From contig QKIY01000028.1 of assembly GCA_003250975.1 (NCBI GenBank), forward strand, positions 195,248-259,247: a DNA stretch of 64,000 nucleotides, read 5' to 3'. The position numbers and the translations under genes were made by a program. Origin of the DNA: Gammaproteobacteria bacterium. Lineage in GTDB: Bacteria; Pseudomonadota; Gammaproteobacteria; Eutrophobiales; Eutrophobiaceae. This document shows, piece after piece, positions 42,072 to 51,652 of this stretch (its first letter is position 1; the number at the start of each line of letters is the position of its first letter). The notes under the pieces were generated by a model. The model ran no database searches. It was not told the origin of the DNA and saw only the letters and a program-made list of their open reading frames with translations.

Positions 42072-42102
42072 ATGCATGACAGGCAGAATGCCTGTCATGC
42101 AT
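42072..42102. terminator. 14-bp perfect hairpin between convergent mtrB-like and comF genes
   Basis: ATGCATGACAGGCA-GAA-TGCCTGTCATGCAT; no clear U-tract. Confidence 0.65.
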
Positions 42103-42144
42103 ATCTGAACAGAAATATCTTGCCGTTTTCCCCTGATTGACTGA

Positions 42145-42858
42145 TCACTCCTGACCTGGGCGTGCGCAGACCCAGGCATCAACCCGACTGGCCCCTGCCC
42201 GTTTTAAAGCCCGGGCGGCCTCGCGCAGGGTTGCCCCCGTCGTCATAACATCATCTATCAATGCCAGATGGCGGCCGCGCACATCCGCGTTGGCGGTTAG
42301 GGCAAAGGCGCCCCTCATGTTGCGGCGGCGTTGCGGCCTTTTCAGCCCGCTCTGGGCAATGGTCGGGCGCAGCCTTTGCAAAGTGTGGATTGTTGCCGGG
42401 ATTCCCGTGGCAGCGGAAAATGCCCTTGCCAGGCAGGCAGACTGGTTGTAACCGCGTTCCCGCAGCCGCCCCCTGTGCAATGGGATGGGGATCAGTTGCT
42501 CGGGCAGAACCAGGAGCCCGGCCTCAGCCAATCCATGGTAGGCAAGCGCGAAAAACCCGGCCAGCCCGGGGCGGGCGTGGAACTTCATCTCCTGTATCAC
42601 CCGGTCCACGGGATAGCTATAGCGGAAGGGCGCAATCACCACATCGAGAGCTGGTCCCGCGGCCCCCAGGCACTCGGCACAGATCTGACCATGGCAGTCC
42701 GGCAGGGCGCAGACGGGACAGGGGTCTCTATTAAGCGGGAGTTCCCGCAGGCAAGGCGTGCAAACGGGCAAGCGGCCTGAAGGGGCGTAGCACAAAAAGC
42801 AGCTACCTGGGATAGATTGGTCATTTATTAACCACCTGTTAAGACCATGCCGGGCCAT
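42145..42858 (-). CDS. comF: ComF-family protein (double Zn ribbon + PRTase domain)
   Basis: CFLC..CTPC..CPVC..CAEC, PIPLH..RLRERGYNQ, LIDDVMTTGAT; start uncertain (42858 or 42894); divergent from bioB as in many Gammaproteobacteria. Confidence 0.88.
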   Translation of the reverse strand: MARHGLNRWLINDQSIPGSCFLCYAPSGRLPVCTPCLRELPLNRDPCPVCALPDCHGQICAECLGAAGPALDVVIAPFRYSYPVDRVIQEMKFHARPGLAGFFALAYHGLAEAGLLVLPEQLIPIPLHRGRLRERGYNQSACLARAFSAATGIPATIHTLQRLRPTIAQSGLKRPQRRRNMRGAFALTANADVRGRHLALIDDVMTTGATLREAARALKRAGASRVDAWVCARPGQE

Positions 42859-42931
42859 TAACTTGACTGCCGTATCTTTCAGTGTAATCTCCATGCAGAC
42901 TTTATCCCGTTGACCAAGGACATCTTCCCTT

Positions 42932-43903
42932 ATGCAAAGCCCCGATACCTCAGGAGCAAATACTATACGCCATGACTGGTCTGAGGATGAAGTCACGGCC
43001 CTGTTTCAAACGCCATTTAATGACCTTGTCTTTCGCGCCCAGTCGCTCTATCGCCAGTTCTTTGACCCCAATGCGATCCAGCTCAGCACCCTGCTCAATA
43101 TCAAGACCGGCGGGTGCCCGGAGGATTGTGCTTATTGCCCCCAAAGCGCCCGCTATGCCACGGGTCTGAACGCCGAGCCACTGATGGACATTGCAGAGGT
43201 GAAATCGGCCGCTGTTCAGGCCAGGGAAAAGGGGGCCAGCCGGTTTTGCATGGGTGCCGCCTGGCGTAGCCCGAAGGACCGTGACCTAGACCAGGTGATC
43301 GAGATGATCCGCGTCGTCAAGGATCAGGGCCTGGAGGCTTGTGCAACGCTGGGGATGCTGACCAGGGAGCAGGCCGACAAGCTGAAATCCGCGGGCCTGG
43401 ATTTCTACAATCATAATCTGGATACTTCCGAGGCCTTTTACGAGACGATTATTTCAACCCGCACCTACCAGGATCGGCTGGACACCCTGGAGGCTGTCCG
43501 TGAGGCGGGCATGAAAGTCTGTTGTGGCGGTATCGTGGGCATGGGAGAAGGCCTGGCAGACCGGGTACAGATGCTGATCACACTGGCCAACCTGCCCAGT
43601 CACCCCGAGAGCGTCCCGATCAATCTGTTGGTCAGGGTGGAGGGCACGCCATTGGAAGATCAGGCCGATCTGGATCCCTTTGACATGGTACGGATGATCG
43701 CTGTTGCCCGTATCATGATGCCGGCATCCTATGTGCGCCTGTCCGCCGGGCGTAATGAAATGACGGATGAGTTGCAGGCCCTGTGTTTTCTCGCGGGCGC
43801 CAACTCGGTCTTCTATGGCGAGAAGTTGCTGACGACCGGCAATCCCGAATTTGCCCGGGACCAGTCATTATTCCGCCGTTTGGGATTAAAGGCCACGCAT
43901 TAA
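42932..43903 (+). CDS. bioB: Biotin synthase
   Basis: [15 protein letters not shown] radical-SAM motif, [22 protein letters not shown]. Confidence 0.98.
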   Translation: MQSPDTSGANTIRHDWSEDEVTALFQTPFNDLVFRAQSLYRQFFDPNAIQLSTLLNIKTGGCPEDCAYCPQSARYATGLNAEPLMDIAEVKSAAVQAREKGASRFCMGAAWRSPKDRDLDQVIEMIRVVKDQGLEACATLGMLTREQADKLKSAGLDFYNHNLDTSEAFYETIISTRTYQDRLDTLEAVREAGMKVCCGGIVGMGEGLADRVQMLITLANLPSHPESVPINLLVRVEGTPLEDQADLDPFDMVRMIAVARIMMPASYVRLSAGRNEMTDELQALCFLAGANSVFYGEKLLTTGNPEFARDQSLFRRLGLKATH

Positions 43904-43924
43904 ACATTTCATCCGGGCTCTATA

Positions 43925-45124
43925 GTGACCGATCTTCCCCCGCGCTTTCGGCAGGCCCTTGAGCAAGACAGACAGGAACGGGCCCGGCAGGGGCTGACGC
44001 GCCAGCGCCGTGCCAGAGAATTTGCCCCGCCCCCTTTTGCAATACTTGATGGCCGTTCGGTCATTAATTTCTGCAGCAATGATTACCTAGGGCTCTCGGG
44101 CCACCCGGCCTTGATTAAGGCCACGCGTGAAGGCCTGGATGAATACGGCCTGGGCAGCGGTGCCTCGCAACTGGTCTGTGGTTATTCAGCCGTGCACAAA
44201 GAACTCGAGGAAAGGTTGGCCGAACATACCGGCAGGTCACGCGCCGTGCTGTTTTCAAATGGCTATATGGCAAACCTCGCCATCATCGACAGCCTGCTGG
44301 GCAAGGGTGATTGTGTGTTTGGCGATCGCCTGAACCATGCCTCGCTGATCGATGCCGCCCGGTTATCGCGAGCAGTGTATAAGCGTTATCCGCATGGTGA
44401 TGTGAATGCACTAACCAGGCTGTTACAACACAACGACACCGGAAAGGCGCTGGTGTCAACCGATGCGGTTTTTAGTATGGACGGTGATATTGCGCCGCTG
44501 AAAGAGATGGTCCACCTGTGTACCGAGCATGGCGCCCTGCTGTCGGTCGATGATGCCCACGGTTTTGGTGTGCTGGGCCGGAAAGGGGCCGGCACGCTGG
44601 AGCAGCTTGGCCTGGGCCCGGAACAGGTGCCGCTCTTGATGGCGACCTTTGGCAAGGCCCTGGGCGGCTTTGGCGCCTTTGTCGCTGGCGATGAACTGAT
44701 CATTGACAACCTGGTTCAGCGTGCCCGTACGCTGATCTATACCACGGCCCCACCGCCCGCCTTGGCGAAGGCCGCTTTGCGGGCGCTGACTCTGCTAACC
44801 GAGGAGGCCTGGCGGCGGGAAAAATTGTCTGAACTAACTGAGCATTTTATTCAGGGTGCACGTGAGCACGGCCTACCTTTGGCCGGTTCAACAACCCCGA
44901 TACAGCCCGTCATCCTGGGTACGGCCGCCAAGGCGGTAATGGTCAGCAGGCAATTACTCGAGCGGGGATTCTGGGTCACGGCCATCCGGCCGCCAACGGT
45001 GCCCCAAGGCACGAGCCGTCTGCGGATCACGCTGAGCGCAGCGCACGAGATTGCCCATATCGATGCACTGCTGGATGCCCTGGTAGAAGTCCTGGGGCAG
45101 GAGGAACGGGCATGCGGTCAATAA
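43925..45124 (+). CDS. bioF: 8-amino-7-oxononanoate synthase
   Basis: FCSNDYLGL, NHASLID, FSMDGD, DDAHGFG, TFGKALG, IRPPTVP. Confidence 0.96.
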   Translation: MTDLPPRFRQALEQDRQERARQGLTRQRRAREFAPPPFAILDGRSVINFCSNDYLGLSGHPALIKATREGLDEYGLGSGASQLVCGYSAVHKELEERLAEHTGRSRAVLFSNGYMANLAIIDSLLGKGDCVFGDRLNHASLIDAARLSRAVYKRYPHGDVNALTRLLQHNDTGKALVSTDAVFSMDGDIAPLKEMVHLCTEHGALLSVDDAHGFGVLGRKGAGTLEQLGLGPEQVPLLMATFGKALGGFGAFVAGDELIIDNLVQRARTLIYTTAPPPALAKAALRALTLLTEEAWRREKLSELTEHFIQGAREHGLPLAGSTTPIQPVILGTAAKAVMVSRQLLERGFWVTAIRPPTVPQGTSRLRITLSAAHEIAHIDALLDALVEVLGQEERACGQ

Positions 45125-45858
45125 GGCTAAAGGTGCTGCCCGGCTGGGGACTGCCAGCTGCCGTGATGTTGGAATATGTCTCTGAACTGAGTGCTCACTT
45201 TCACACAGAGATAGTGAATTTACCGGGTTATGGAACGGATTACCCAGACAGGCTCCGGGATATGGGGGGGCTGGTCGATGCCTTAAGCCCGCAGATCAAG
45301 CAACCCTGCGTGTTGCTAGGCTGGTCATTGGGTGGCATGGCGGCCCTGGGTCTCGCATCAGAACTGGGAGACAAGGCGCTTGGGGTATTCTTGCTTGCCA
45401 GCACACCTTGTTTTGTCAACAGGCCCGGTTGGTCACACGGCGTATTGCAGGACGACATCGGGCGTATGTTGGAAATAGTTGAAGACCAGCCGGGCCATGT
45501 CTTGCAAGGTTTCGCTGGGCTGGTGGCAACCGGGGATGCTGCCGCCCAGACAACACTGCGCAGCTTGAAAGACGCGGTCGCTGAGCCCCCGGCAAGGCCC
45601 GCCACCCTGGCGGACGGCCTTCAAATATTGATGATATCGGATCTGCGTAACGAACTCGCGGGCCTGAAATGTCCTGCCGCGCTGTTGCTGGGCGGGGAGG
45701 ACCGGCTTGTCCATCGCGGGACAGCGGAGGCCAGTCACGCCCTCTTTCCCGGACTGCGTGCAGAATTGATTGAAGATGCCGGCCACGCCCCGTTTCTCTC
45801 CTGTCCAAGGGAGACGGTAAAAAAGACGCTGCAACTGCTGAAAGGAATGCAGATATGA
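45112..45858 (+). CDS. bioH: Pimeloyl-ACP methyl ester esterase (alpha/beta hydrolase)
   Basis: GWSLGG nucleophile elbow, GHAPFLS; within the bio operon. Confidence 0.88.
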   Translation: MRSIRLKVLPGWGLPAAVMLEYVSELSAHFHTEIVNLPGYGTDYPDRLRDMGGLVDALSPQIKQPCVLLGWSLGGMAALGLASELGDKALGVFLLASTPCFVNRPGWSHGVLQDDIGRMLEIVEDQPGHVLQGFAGLVATGDAAAQTTLRSLKDAVAEPPARPATLADGLQILMISDLRNELAGLKCPAALLLGGEDRLVHRGTAEASHALFPGLRAELIEDAGHAPFLSCPRETVKKTLQLLKGMQI

Positions 45859-46727
45859 GCGGACGGGAAAAGATATGGGTGGCAGAGCGGTTTAACCGTG
45901 CTGCAAGGGATTATGACGAGCACGCGGTGTTACAGAAGGCCGTTGCCGAAAGGCTGTTGGCTCGTCTGGATTACCTGCGCATTTCTCCCTCGTGGGTGCT
46001 GGACCTGGGTTCCGGTACAGGCGCCTCGGCTCGGTCGCTTGCGGGCCGCTATCGACGGGCACGGGTCCTGCACCTGGACCTCTCGGTCGCAATGCTGGCC
46101 ACTGCTCGTGCCCAGGGGCCGCGGTTCTTTTCCCGGCATGCGTATGTTATGGCTGACATGGAGCAGCTTCCCCTCCCCGCCAACAGCATGGACATGGTCT
46201 ACTCCTCGCTCACACTGCAATGGAGCCATTCACCCGATCGTGTATTTCAGGAAGTACAGCGGGTCTTAAAACCGGATGGCCTTTTCCTCTTTTCCAGCCT
46301 CGGTCCTGACACCCTGAAAGAGCTGCGGGCGAGCTGGCAGGCCGTAGACGACAAGCAACATGTAAACATCTTTCCGGATATGCATGAAGTGGGTGACGGT
46401 CTGCTGCGCACTGGGATGGAAGATGTTGTTATGGATATGGAGATCATGACGATGCGTTACCCCGATTGCTACGGGCTCATGCGCGACCTGAAGCTCGTCG
46501 GCGCCAACAGCCTAATCGCGGGACGCAATAAGGGGCTTACTGGCAAGCAGAAGATGAAGGCCATGATGCAGGCTTACGAAAACTACCGCCGCGAAGGGCT
46601 GCTGCCCGCTACCTACGAGGTGGTCTATGGACATGGGCGTAAGTCCGTCAGGCCGGAGCAACATCTGCAGGACAATGTGGCCTATATCAGCGTCGATAGC
46701 CTGCGTCGGGGGATACGGAAAAGATGA
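45855..46727 (+). CDS. bioC: Malonyl-ACP O-methyltransferase
   Basis: F.RAA.DYDEHAVLQ, LDLGSGTG, GPDTLKELR, PATYEVVYGH. Confidence 0.95.
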   Translation: MSGREKIWVAERFNRAARDYDEHAVLQKAVAERLLARLDYLRISPSWVLDLGSGTGASARSLAGRYRRARVLHLDLSVAMLATARAQGPRFFSRHAYVMADMEQLPLPANSMDMVYSSLTLQWSHSPDRVFQEVQRVLKPDGLFLFSSLGPDTLKELRASWQAVDDKQHVNIFPDMHEVGDGLLRTGMEDVVMDMEIMTMRYPDCYGLMRDLKLVGANSLIAGRNKGLTGKQKMKAMMQAYENYRREGLLPATYEVVYGHGRKSVRPEQHLQDNVAYISVDSLRRGIRKR

Positions 46728-47407
46728 AACCCGTTTCTGGTTACTTTATTACCGCGACAGACACGGGCGTAGGCAAGACCTGGTGCACCCTGGCTCTGAT
46801 GCAAATGTTCCAGTCGCAGGGACTCAGCGTGGTCGGCATGAAGCCGGTAGCCAGCGGTTGCCGCGAGAAGGGTGGGCACCTCCTGAACGAAGATGCCGAA
46901 CTTATCCAACAACAGGCCACAGGTATCCCTGACTATGAGCGCGTGAATCCCTATGCGTTCGCCCCGCCTATTGCCCCGCACATCGCGGCAGAAAAAGCCA
47001 AGGTGAAGATCTGTCTGCCAGATCTGCAAATAAGTTACAACGAACTGGCCGAAGGAAATGACAGGATCATCGTTGAAGGCGTTGGCGGCTGGCGTGTTCC
47101 TTTGGGACAAGACCAAAGCCTGGCCGACCTGGTGCGGCTGCTTGGCCTACCGGTGATCCTCGTTGTCGGCCTACGGCTCGGCTGCATCAGCCACGCCATA
47201 ATGACGGCGGAGGTGATCCGGGCTGATGGCCTACCGCTGGCTGGCTGGGTTGCCAACCACTGCCAGCGGGATTACGCGGAAGAAGACGCCACCTTATCCA
47301 CGCTCAGGAGCCAGATCACAGCGCCCCTGCTGGGAGTGCTACCATGGTTGCCCGCGCTGGATGTGGCCAGGCTGTCTGCCGGGTTGGATCCTACAGCCTT
47401 CACCTGA
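46724..47407 (+). CDS. bioD: Dethiobiotin synthase
   Basis: TDTGVGKT, MKPVASG, VEGVGGW.VPL, LRLGCISHA. Confidence 0.96.
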   Translation: MKPVSGYFITATDTGVGKTWCTLALMQMFQSQGLSVVGMKPVASGCREKGGHLLNEDAELIQQQATGIPDYERVNPYAFAPPIAPHIAAEKAKVKICLPDLQISYNELAEGNDRIIVEGVGGWRVPLGQDQSLADLVRLLGLPVILVVGLRLGCISHAIMTAEVIRADGLPLAGWVANHCQRDYAEEDATLSTLRSQITAPLLGVLPWLPALDVARLSAGLDPTAFT

Positions 47408-47550
47408 GTAGGAAAAAATTCACCGGATCAGGAGTAAAAACTTGCCAAAAAGCGCAAAGTTTTGGCATATTGGAGTCCGTGCGCAGTCTCACCTACCCGT
47501 GGTACAGGTTTAAAATAAAAGATTGAGACCAGAGGTCTCCGGGGAAAAAG

Positions 47551-48036
47551 GTGATATATCGTGTGCAAGGTTCCAACAAGACCCGCGTGGATTTTGTTGT
47601 GAAACCGAACCAGGCTATGTCCTGGCGTGCACAGATGACTATTTATTCGGGGGTAGCCGCAGTAACCATTACTATCGGGACCCTGTTTTACCTGAAGGGT
47701 CTGACCTTGATCTTGCCCTTTTCCGGATTAGAAATACTGGCGCTAGGCATCGCCCTGTATCTTTGCGCGTGGCGCAGCGGGATCCGCGAAGTGATCTCGA
47801 TAAGCAGTGACGAAATAGTTATTGAACGGGGGCGTACAGGCCCCGAGAATCGCCAGGTGTTCCAGCGTCCATGGGCAAAACTTGTATTAGAGCGTTCATG
47901 GAATAACTGGTATCCTAGCCGGCTGTTGCTCCGGTCGCATGGTAGGCAAACGGAAATCGGGGGGTTCCTCAACGAGCAGGAACGCCAGGGACTTGCGGAA
48001 TTGCTGGAGCAGGCCCTGGCTGACAAGACAGAATAA
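47551..48036 (+). CDS. DUF2244-family membrane protein
   Basis: KPNQAMS, ILPFSGLE, HGRQTEIGGFL.EQER; commonly upstream of coxB. Confidence 0.85.
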   Translation: MIYRVQGSNKTRVDFVVKPNQAMSWRAQMTIYSGVAAVTITIGTLFYLKGLTLILPFSGLEILALGIALYLCAWRSGIREVISISSDEIVIERGRTGPENRQVFQRPWAKLVLERSWNNWYPSRLLLRSHGRQTEIGGFLNEQERQGLAELLEQALADKTE

Positions 48037-48105
48037 TGAATTAGAAATTCTACGTTAAAATATTAAACAAAAATTTTTTACTACATTTTTGCCGAGGATA
48101 GCTGC

Positions 48106-49248
48106 ATGTTTTTCAATAAGCTGAGAAATTGCCTATTAGGGGCTGGAACGATGTTCTCGTTGTTATGGGCGGGGGCAGTAAATGCAGAGTGGGGGCTCAA
48201 TATGACACCGGGTGTAACCCCGGTCAGCCAGGATGTCTATGACCTGCACATGCTGATTCTATACGTGGTGACGGTCATTGGCATCATCGTCTTCAGTATC
48301 ATGTTCTGGTCAATTTTCCACCACCGCAAGTCAAAGGGCGCAGTTGCCGCCAAGTTCCACCACAGCACATTCGCCGAGATCGCCTGGACCATCGTCCCGG
48401 TGTTGATCCTAGTCGGCATGGCCGTTCCGGCAACCAAGACACTAATTAAAATGGAACAGACAGGTGATGCCGATATCACCGTCAAGATCACGGGCTATCA
48501 GTGGAAATGGAAATACGACTATCTTAACGAAGACCTCAGTTTCTTCAGCGTTCTGGCCCAGGACAGTAACGAGGCGCGCCAGCTGGGTTCAAACATAGAT
48601 CCGGCAAGCGTGGATCATTACCTGCTTAATGTGGATCAGCCAATCGTCCTCCCGGTCAACAAGAAAGTCCGCTTGCTGACCACGGCCAATGACGTTATTC
48701 ACGCCTGGTGGGTGCCGGCCCTGGGCTGGAAGCGTGATGCCATTCCCGGCTTTATTAATGATAACTGGGCCATCATCGAAAAAGAGGGGACTTATCGCGG
48801 CCAATGTGCGGAGCTGTGTGGCAAGGATCACGGCTTTATGCCCATCGTGGTCAAGGCTGTTCCGGAAGACGAATATGAAGCTTGGATAGAGGATATGAAA
48901 CTGGCACAAGCCGAGGCCGCGGCGAGCGGTGAGCGCGAGTGGAGCAAGGATGAACTGATGGCCAAGGGCAAGGACCTGTATGCCAAGAACTGTGCGGCCT
49001 GCCACATGGCCGAGGGGCAGGGGGTCCCGGGGATGTTCCCTTCATTGGCGGGCAGCCCGATTGTAGCGACCGCAGAGGGTTTGCCTGATCACATAGACAG
49101 GCTCCTCAATGGTAAGAACCTCATGCCCGCCTTCGGTGAACAGTTGTCTGATGCGGATATTGCCGCCGTCATCACCTTTGAGCGTAATGCCTGGGGTAAC
49201 GATACAGGCGACGTGGTTCAGCCGAAAGATATCAAGGCTGCACGTTAA
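48106..49248 (+). CDS. coxB: Cytochrome c oxidase subunit II with fused C-terminal cytochrome c domain
   Basis: EIAWTIVP, GYQWKW, DVIHAW, CuA motif CAELCGKDHGFM, then CAACH...MPAF. Confidence 0.96.
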   Translation: MFFNKLRNCLLGAGTMFSLLWAGAVNAEWGLNMTPGVTPVSQDVYDLHMLILYVVTVIGIIVFSIMFWSIFHHRKSKGAVAAKFHHSTFAEIAWTIVPVLILVGMAVPATKTLIKMEQTGDADITVKITGYQWKWKYDYLNEDLSFFSVLAQDSNEARQLGSNIDPASVDHYLLNVDQPIVLPVNKKVRLLTTANDVIHAWWVPALGWKRDAIPGFINDNWAIIEKEGTYRGQCAELCGKDHGFMPIVVKAVPEDEYEAWIEDMKLAQAEAAASGEREWSKDELMAKGKDLYAKNCAACHMAEGQGVPGMFPSLAGSPIVATAEGLPDHIDRLLNGKNLMPAFGEQLSDADIAAVITFERNAWGNDTGDVVQPKDIKAAR

Positions 49249-49296
49249 GCAGGAATTCTTGTTCAGTTATTAAAAATTTATAAAGAGGATAGACAA

Positions 49297-50898
49297 ATGA
49301 GCGAAGCAGTCATCCACGAAGAACACCACGATGACCACGACCACAAGCCAACCGGCATCGGCCGCTGGTTGTTCTCAACCAATCATAAAGACATCGGCAC
49401 CATGTACCTCGTGTTCGCACTGGTTATGTTTTTCATCGGCGGTGCCATGGCGTTGGTGATCCGTGCAGAACTTTTTCAGCCTGGTTTACAATACGTAGAT
49501 CCGGTGTTTTTCAACTCAATGACCACTGTGCATGCACTGGTCATGATTTTCGGTGTGGTGATGCCCGCCGGCGTTGGTCTTGCCAACTGGCTGATCCCGA
49601 TGATGATTGGTTCGCCGGACATGGCCCTGCCCCGGCTGAATAACATGAGTTTCTGGATACTGCCGTTTGCATTCGCGTTGTTGCTTTCCACGATGTTTAT
49701 GGAAGGCGGCGCACCGAACGGAGGCTGGACCATGTACCCGCCGCTGACCCTGCAACTTGGCAACGCTTTTCCCTTCCTAATTTTTGCGGTCCACTTTCTG
49801 GGTATTTCATCGATCATGGGCGCAATTAACATTATTGCCACCGTCTTTAATATGCGCGCACCCGGCATGACCTTTATGAGGCTGCCGCTTTTTGTCTGGA
49901 CCTGGATCATCACGGCATTCCTTTTGATCGCCTCATTGCCGGTTCTTGCGGGCGCTGTGACCATGATGCTGACAGACAAGTTTTTTGGTACCAGTTTCTT
50001 CAGTGCGGCCGGTGGTGGTGATCCGGTAATGTTCCAGCATGTTTTCTGGTTTTTTGGACATCCCGAGGTGTATATCCTGATTCTGCCGGCTTTTGGCATC
50101 GTCTCCCAGATTATACCGACCTTTGCCCGTAAGCCGCTGTTCGGTTATGAGTCTATGGTGTATGCCACGGCATCGATCGCCTTCCTGTCATTCTTTGTCT
50201 GGGCGCACCATATGTTTACCGTGGGCATGCCGTTGGCAGGCGAACTGTTTTTCATGTATGCCACCATGTCGATTGCTGTGCCCACCGGGGTAAAGATCTT
50301 CAACTGGGTCGCCACCATGTGGCGAGGCTCCATGACCTTCGAAACCCCGATGCTTTTCTCCCTCGCCTTCGTGATCCTGTTTTCCATTGGCGGTTTCTCG
50401 GGGCTGATGCTTGGCATAACGCCAGCCGACTTCCAGTATCACGATACTTATTTCGTGGTGGCACATTTCCATTATGTGCTGGTTACCGGCGCAGTGTTCG
50501 CATTGTTTGCCGGTACCTATTACTGGCTACCCAAGTGGACGGGGCATATGTATGACGAGACGCTGGGCAAATGGCACTTCTGGCTGTCGACCATATCAGT
50601 CAACGTCCTGTTCTTCCCGCAGCACTTCCTTGGGCTGGCCGGTATGCCGCGCCGTATTCCGGACTACAGTGTACAGTTTGCCGATTTCAATATGATCTCG
50701 AGTATCGGCGGTTTTGCCTTCGGCTTTAGCCAGTTGCTGTTTCTTTATGTTGTCATCAAGTGTGTGAGGGGTGGCTCCAAGGTAAGCGACCAGGTATGGG
50801 AAGGTGCCCATGGCTTGGAATGGACATTGCCATCTCCTCCGCCGTTCCATTCATTTACCACACCGCCTCAGGTGACTGACGCGACGGCGCATTCATAG
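49297..50898 (+). CDS. coxA: Cytochrome c oxidase subunit I (A1 type)
   Basis: TNHKDIG, WFFGHPEVY, WAHHMF, VAHFHYV, GMPRR. Confidence 0.98.
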   Translation: MSEAVIHEEHHDDHDHKPTGIGRWLFSTNHKDIGTMYLVFALVMFFIGGAMALVIRAELFQPGLQYVDPVFFNSMTTVHALVMIFGVVMPAGVGLANWLIPMMIGSPDMALPRLNNMSFWILPFAFALLLSTMFMEGGAPNGGWTMYPPLTLQLGNAFPFLIFAVHFLGISSIMGAINIIATVFNMRAPGMTFMRLPLFVWTWIITAFLLIASLPVLAGAVTMMLTDKFFGTSFFSAAGGGDPVMFQHVFWFFGHPEVYILILPAFGIVSQIIPTFARKPLFGYESMVYATASIAFLSFFVWAHHMFTVGMPLAGELFFMYATMSIAVPTGVKIFNWVATMWRGSMTFETPMLFSLAFVILFSIGGFSGLMLGITPADFQYHDTYFVVAHFHYVLVTGAVFALFAGTYYWLPKWTGHMYDETLGKWHFWLSTISVNVLFFPQHFLGLAGMPRRIPDYSVQFADFNMISSIGGFAFGFSQLLFLYVVIKCVRGGSKVSDQVWEGAHGLEWTLPSPPPFHSFTTPPQVTDATAHS

Positions 50899-50913
50899 GC
50901 GTGAGGTAATATA

Positions 50914-51045
50914 TTGGACCAGCAGCAAAAGGATCCCAGAATGTCATCCGAGATGGCGGCTAAAAACCGGCGCCTGGCGATTATCCTTGCGCTGATCGCG
51001 GTCGGGTTTTATGTGGGTTTTATCTTGATGAATCTGAAGCAATGA
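50914..51045 (+). CDS. Small single-TM cytochrome oxidase-associated protein (43 aa)
   Basis: Not in ORF track. GAGG RBS, TTG start: MDQQQKDPRMSSEMAAKNRRLAIILALIAVGFYVGFILMNLKQ*; stop overlaps the ctaG ATG (ATGA); alternative ATG starts at 50941 and 50953. Confidence 0.7.
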   Translation: MDQQQKDPRMSSEMAAKNRRLAIILALIAVGFYVGFILMNLKQ

Positions 51046-51617
51046 AGGACCAGGGCATAATCGGAACTACCGGAAAGCTGACTGCACTTGCTTTTTTGAT
51101 GTTCGGCTTCGGTTATCTGCTGGTGCCAATTTACAATGTGTTTTGTGATCTCACCGGGATTAATGGCAAGACCGGGACGATCACACAGGAACAGGCAATC
51201 TCAGCAGGGGTGGATGAACAGCGGCTGGTAACGGTCGAATTCGACACCAATGTTAATGGTGACCTGCCCTGGTATTTCAGGCCGAAGACACACAAGCTTC
51301 AGGTACATCCCGGAGAGGTATCGGATGTGTTATTTGTCGTCGAGAACCAGGCCGGACGTGAGATAGCAGGTCAGGCGATCCCTAGCGTCGCGCCAAGCCA
51401 GGCATCATTGTACTTCAACAAGACCGAGTGTTTCTGCTTTACACAGCAAACACTGGCGCCTCACGAAAGAAAGGAAATGCTGGTCAGGTTTATTGTTGAC
51501 AAGAAGTTGCCTGAAGAGATTTCAACCCTGACTCTGTCGTATACTTTTTTTATGGCACCGGGTGAAAAACAGACAGCGATAGATGACAAAGAAAACAAGT
51601 TACAGCAAGAGATCTAG
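51042..51617 (+). CDS. ctaG: Cytochrome c oxidase copper assembly protein CtaG/Cox11
   Basis: MFGFGY.LVP.Y.VFC..TGINGKT, YFNKTECFCF. Confidence 0.95.
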   Translation: MKDQGIIGTTGKLTALAFLMFGFGYLLVPIYNVFCDLTGINGKTGTITQEQAISAGVDEQRLVTVEFDTNVNGDLPWYFRPKTHKLQVHPGEVSDVLFVVENQAGREIAGQAIPSVAPSQASLYFNKTECFCFTQQTLAPHERKEMLVRFIVDKKLPEEISTLTLSYTFFMAPGEKQTAIDDKENKLQQEI

Positions 51618-51652
51618 TTAAATACAAATAATATTGATAACGGGGAGCTATT

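Noticed and set aside
42859-42996. Long N-terminal extension of ComF in the ORF track
   Set aside because: Overlaps bioB and its promoter; the ComF-like sequence starts near 42858.
47461-47482. TTGGCAT as a sigma-54 -24 element before DUF2244-cox (a similar one lies near 21688)
   Set aside because: No GC at the required GG-N10-GC spacing.
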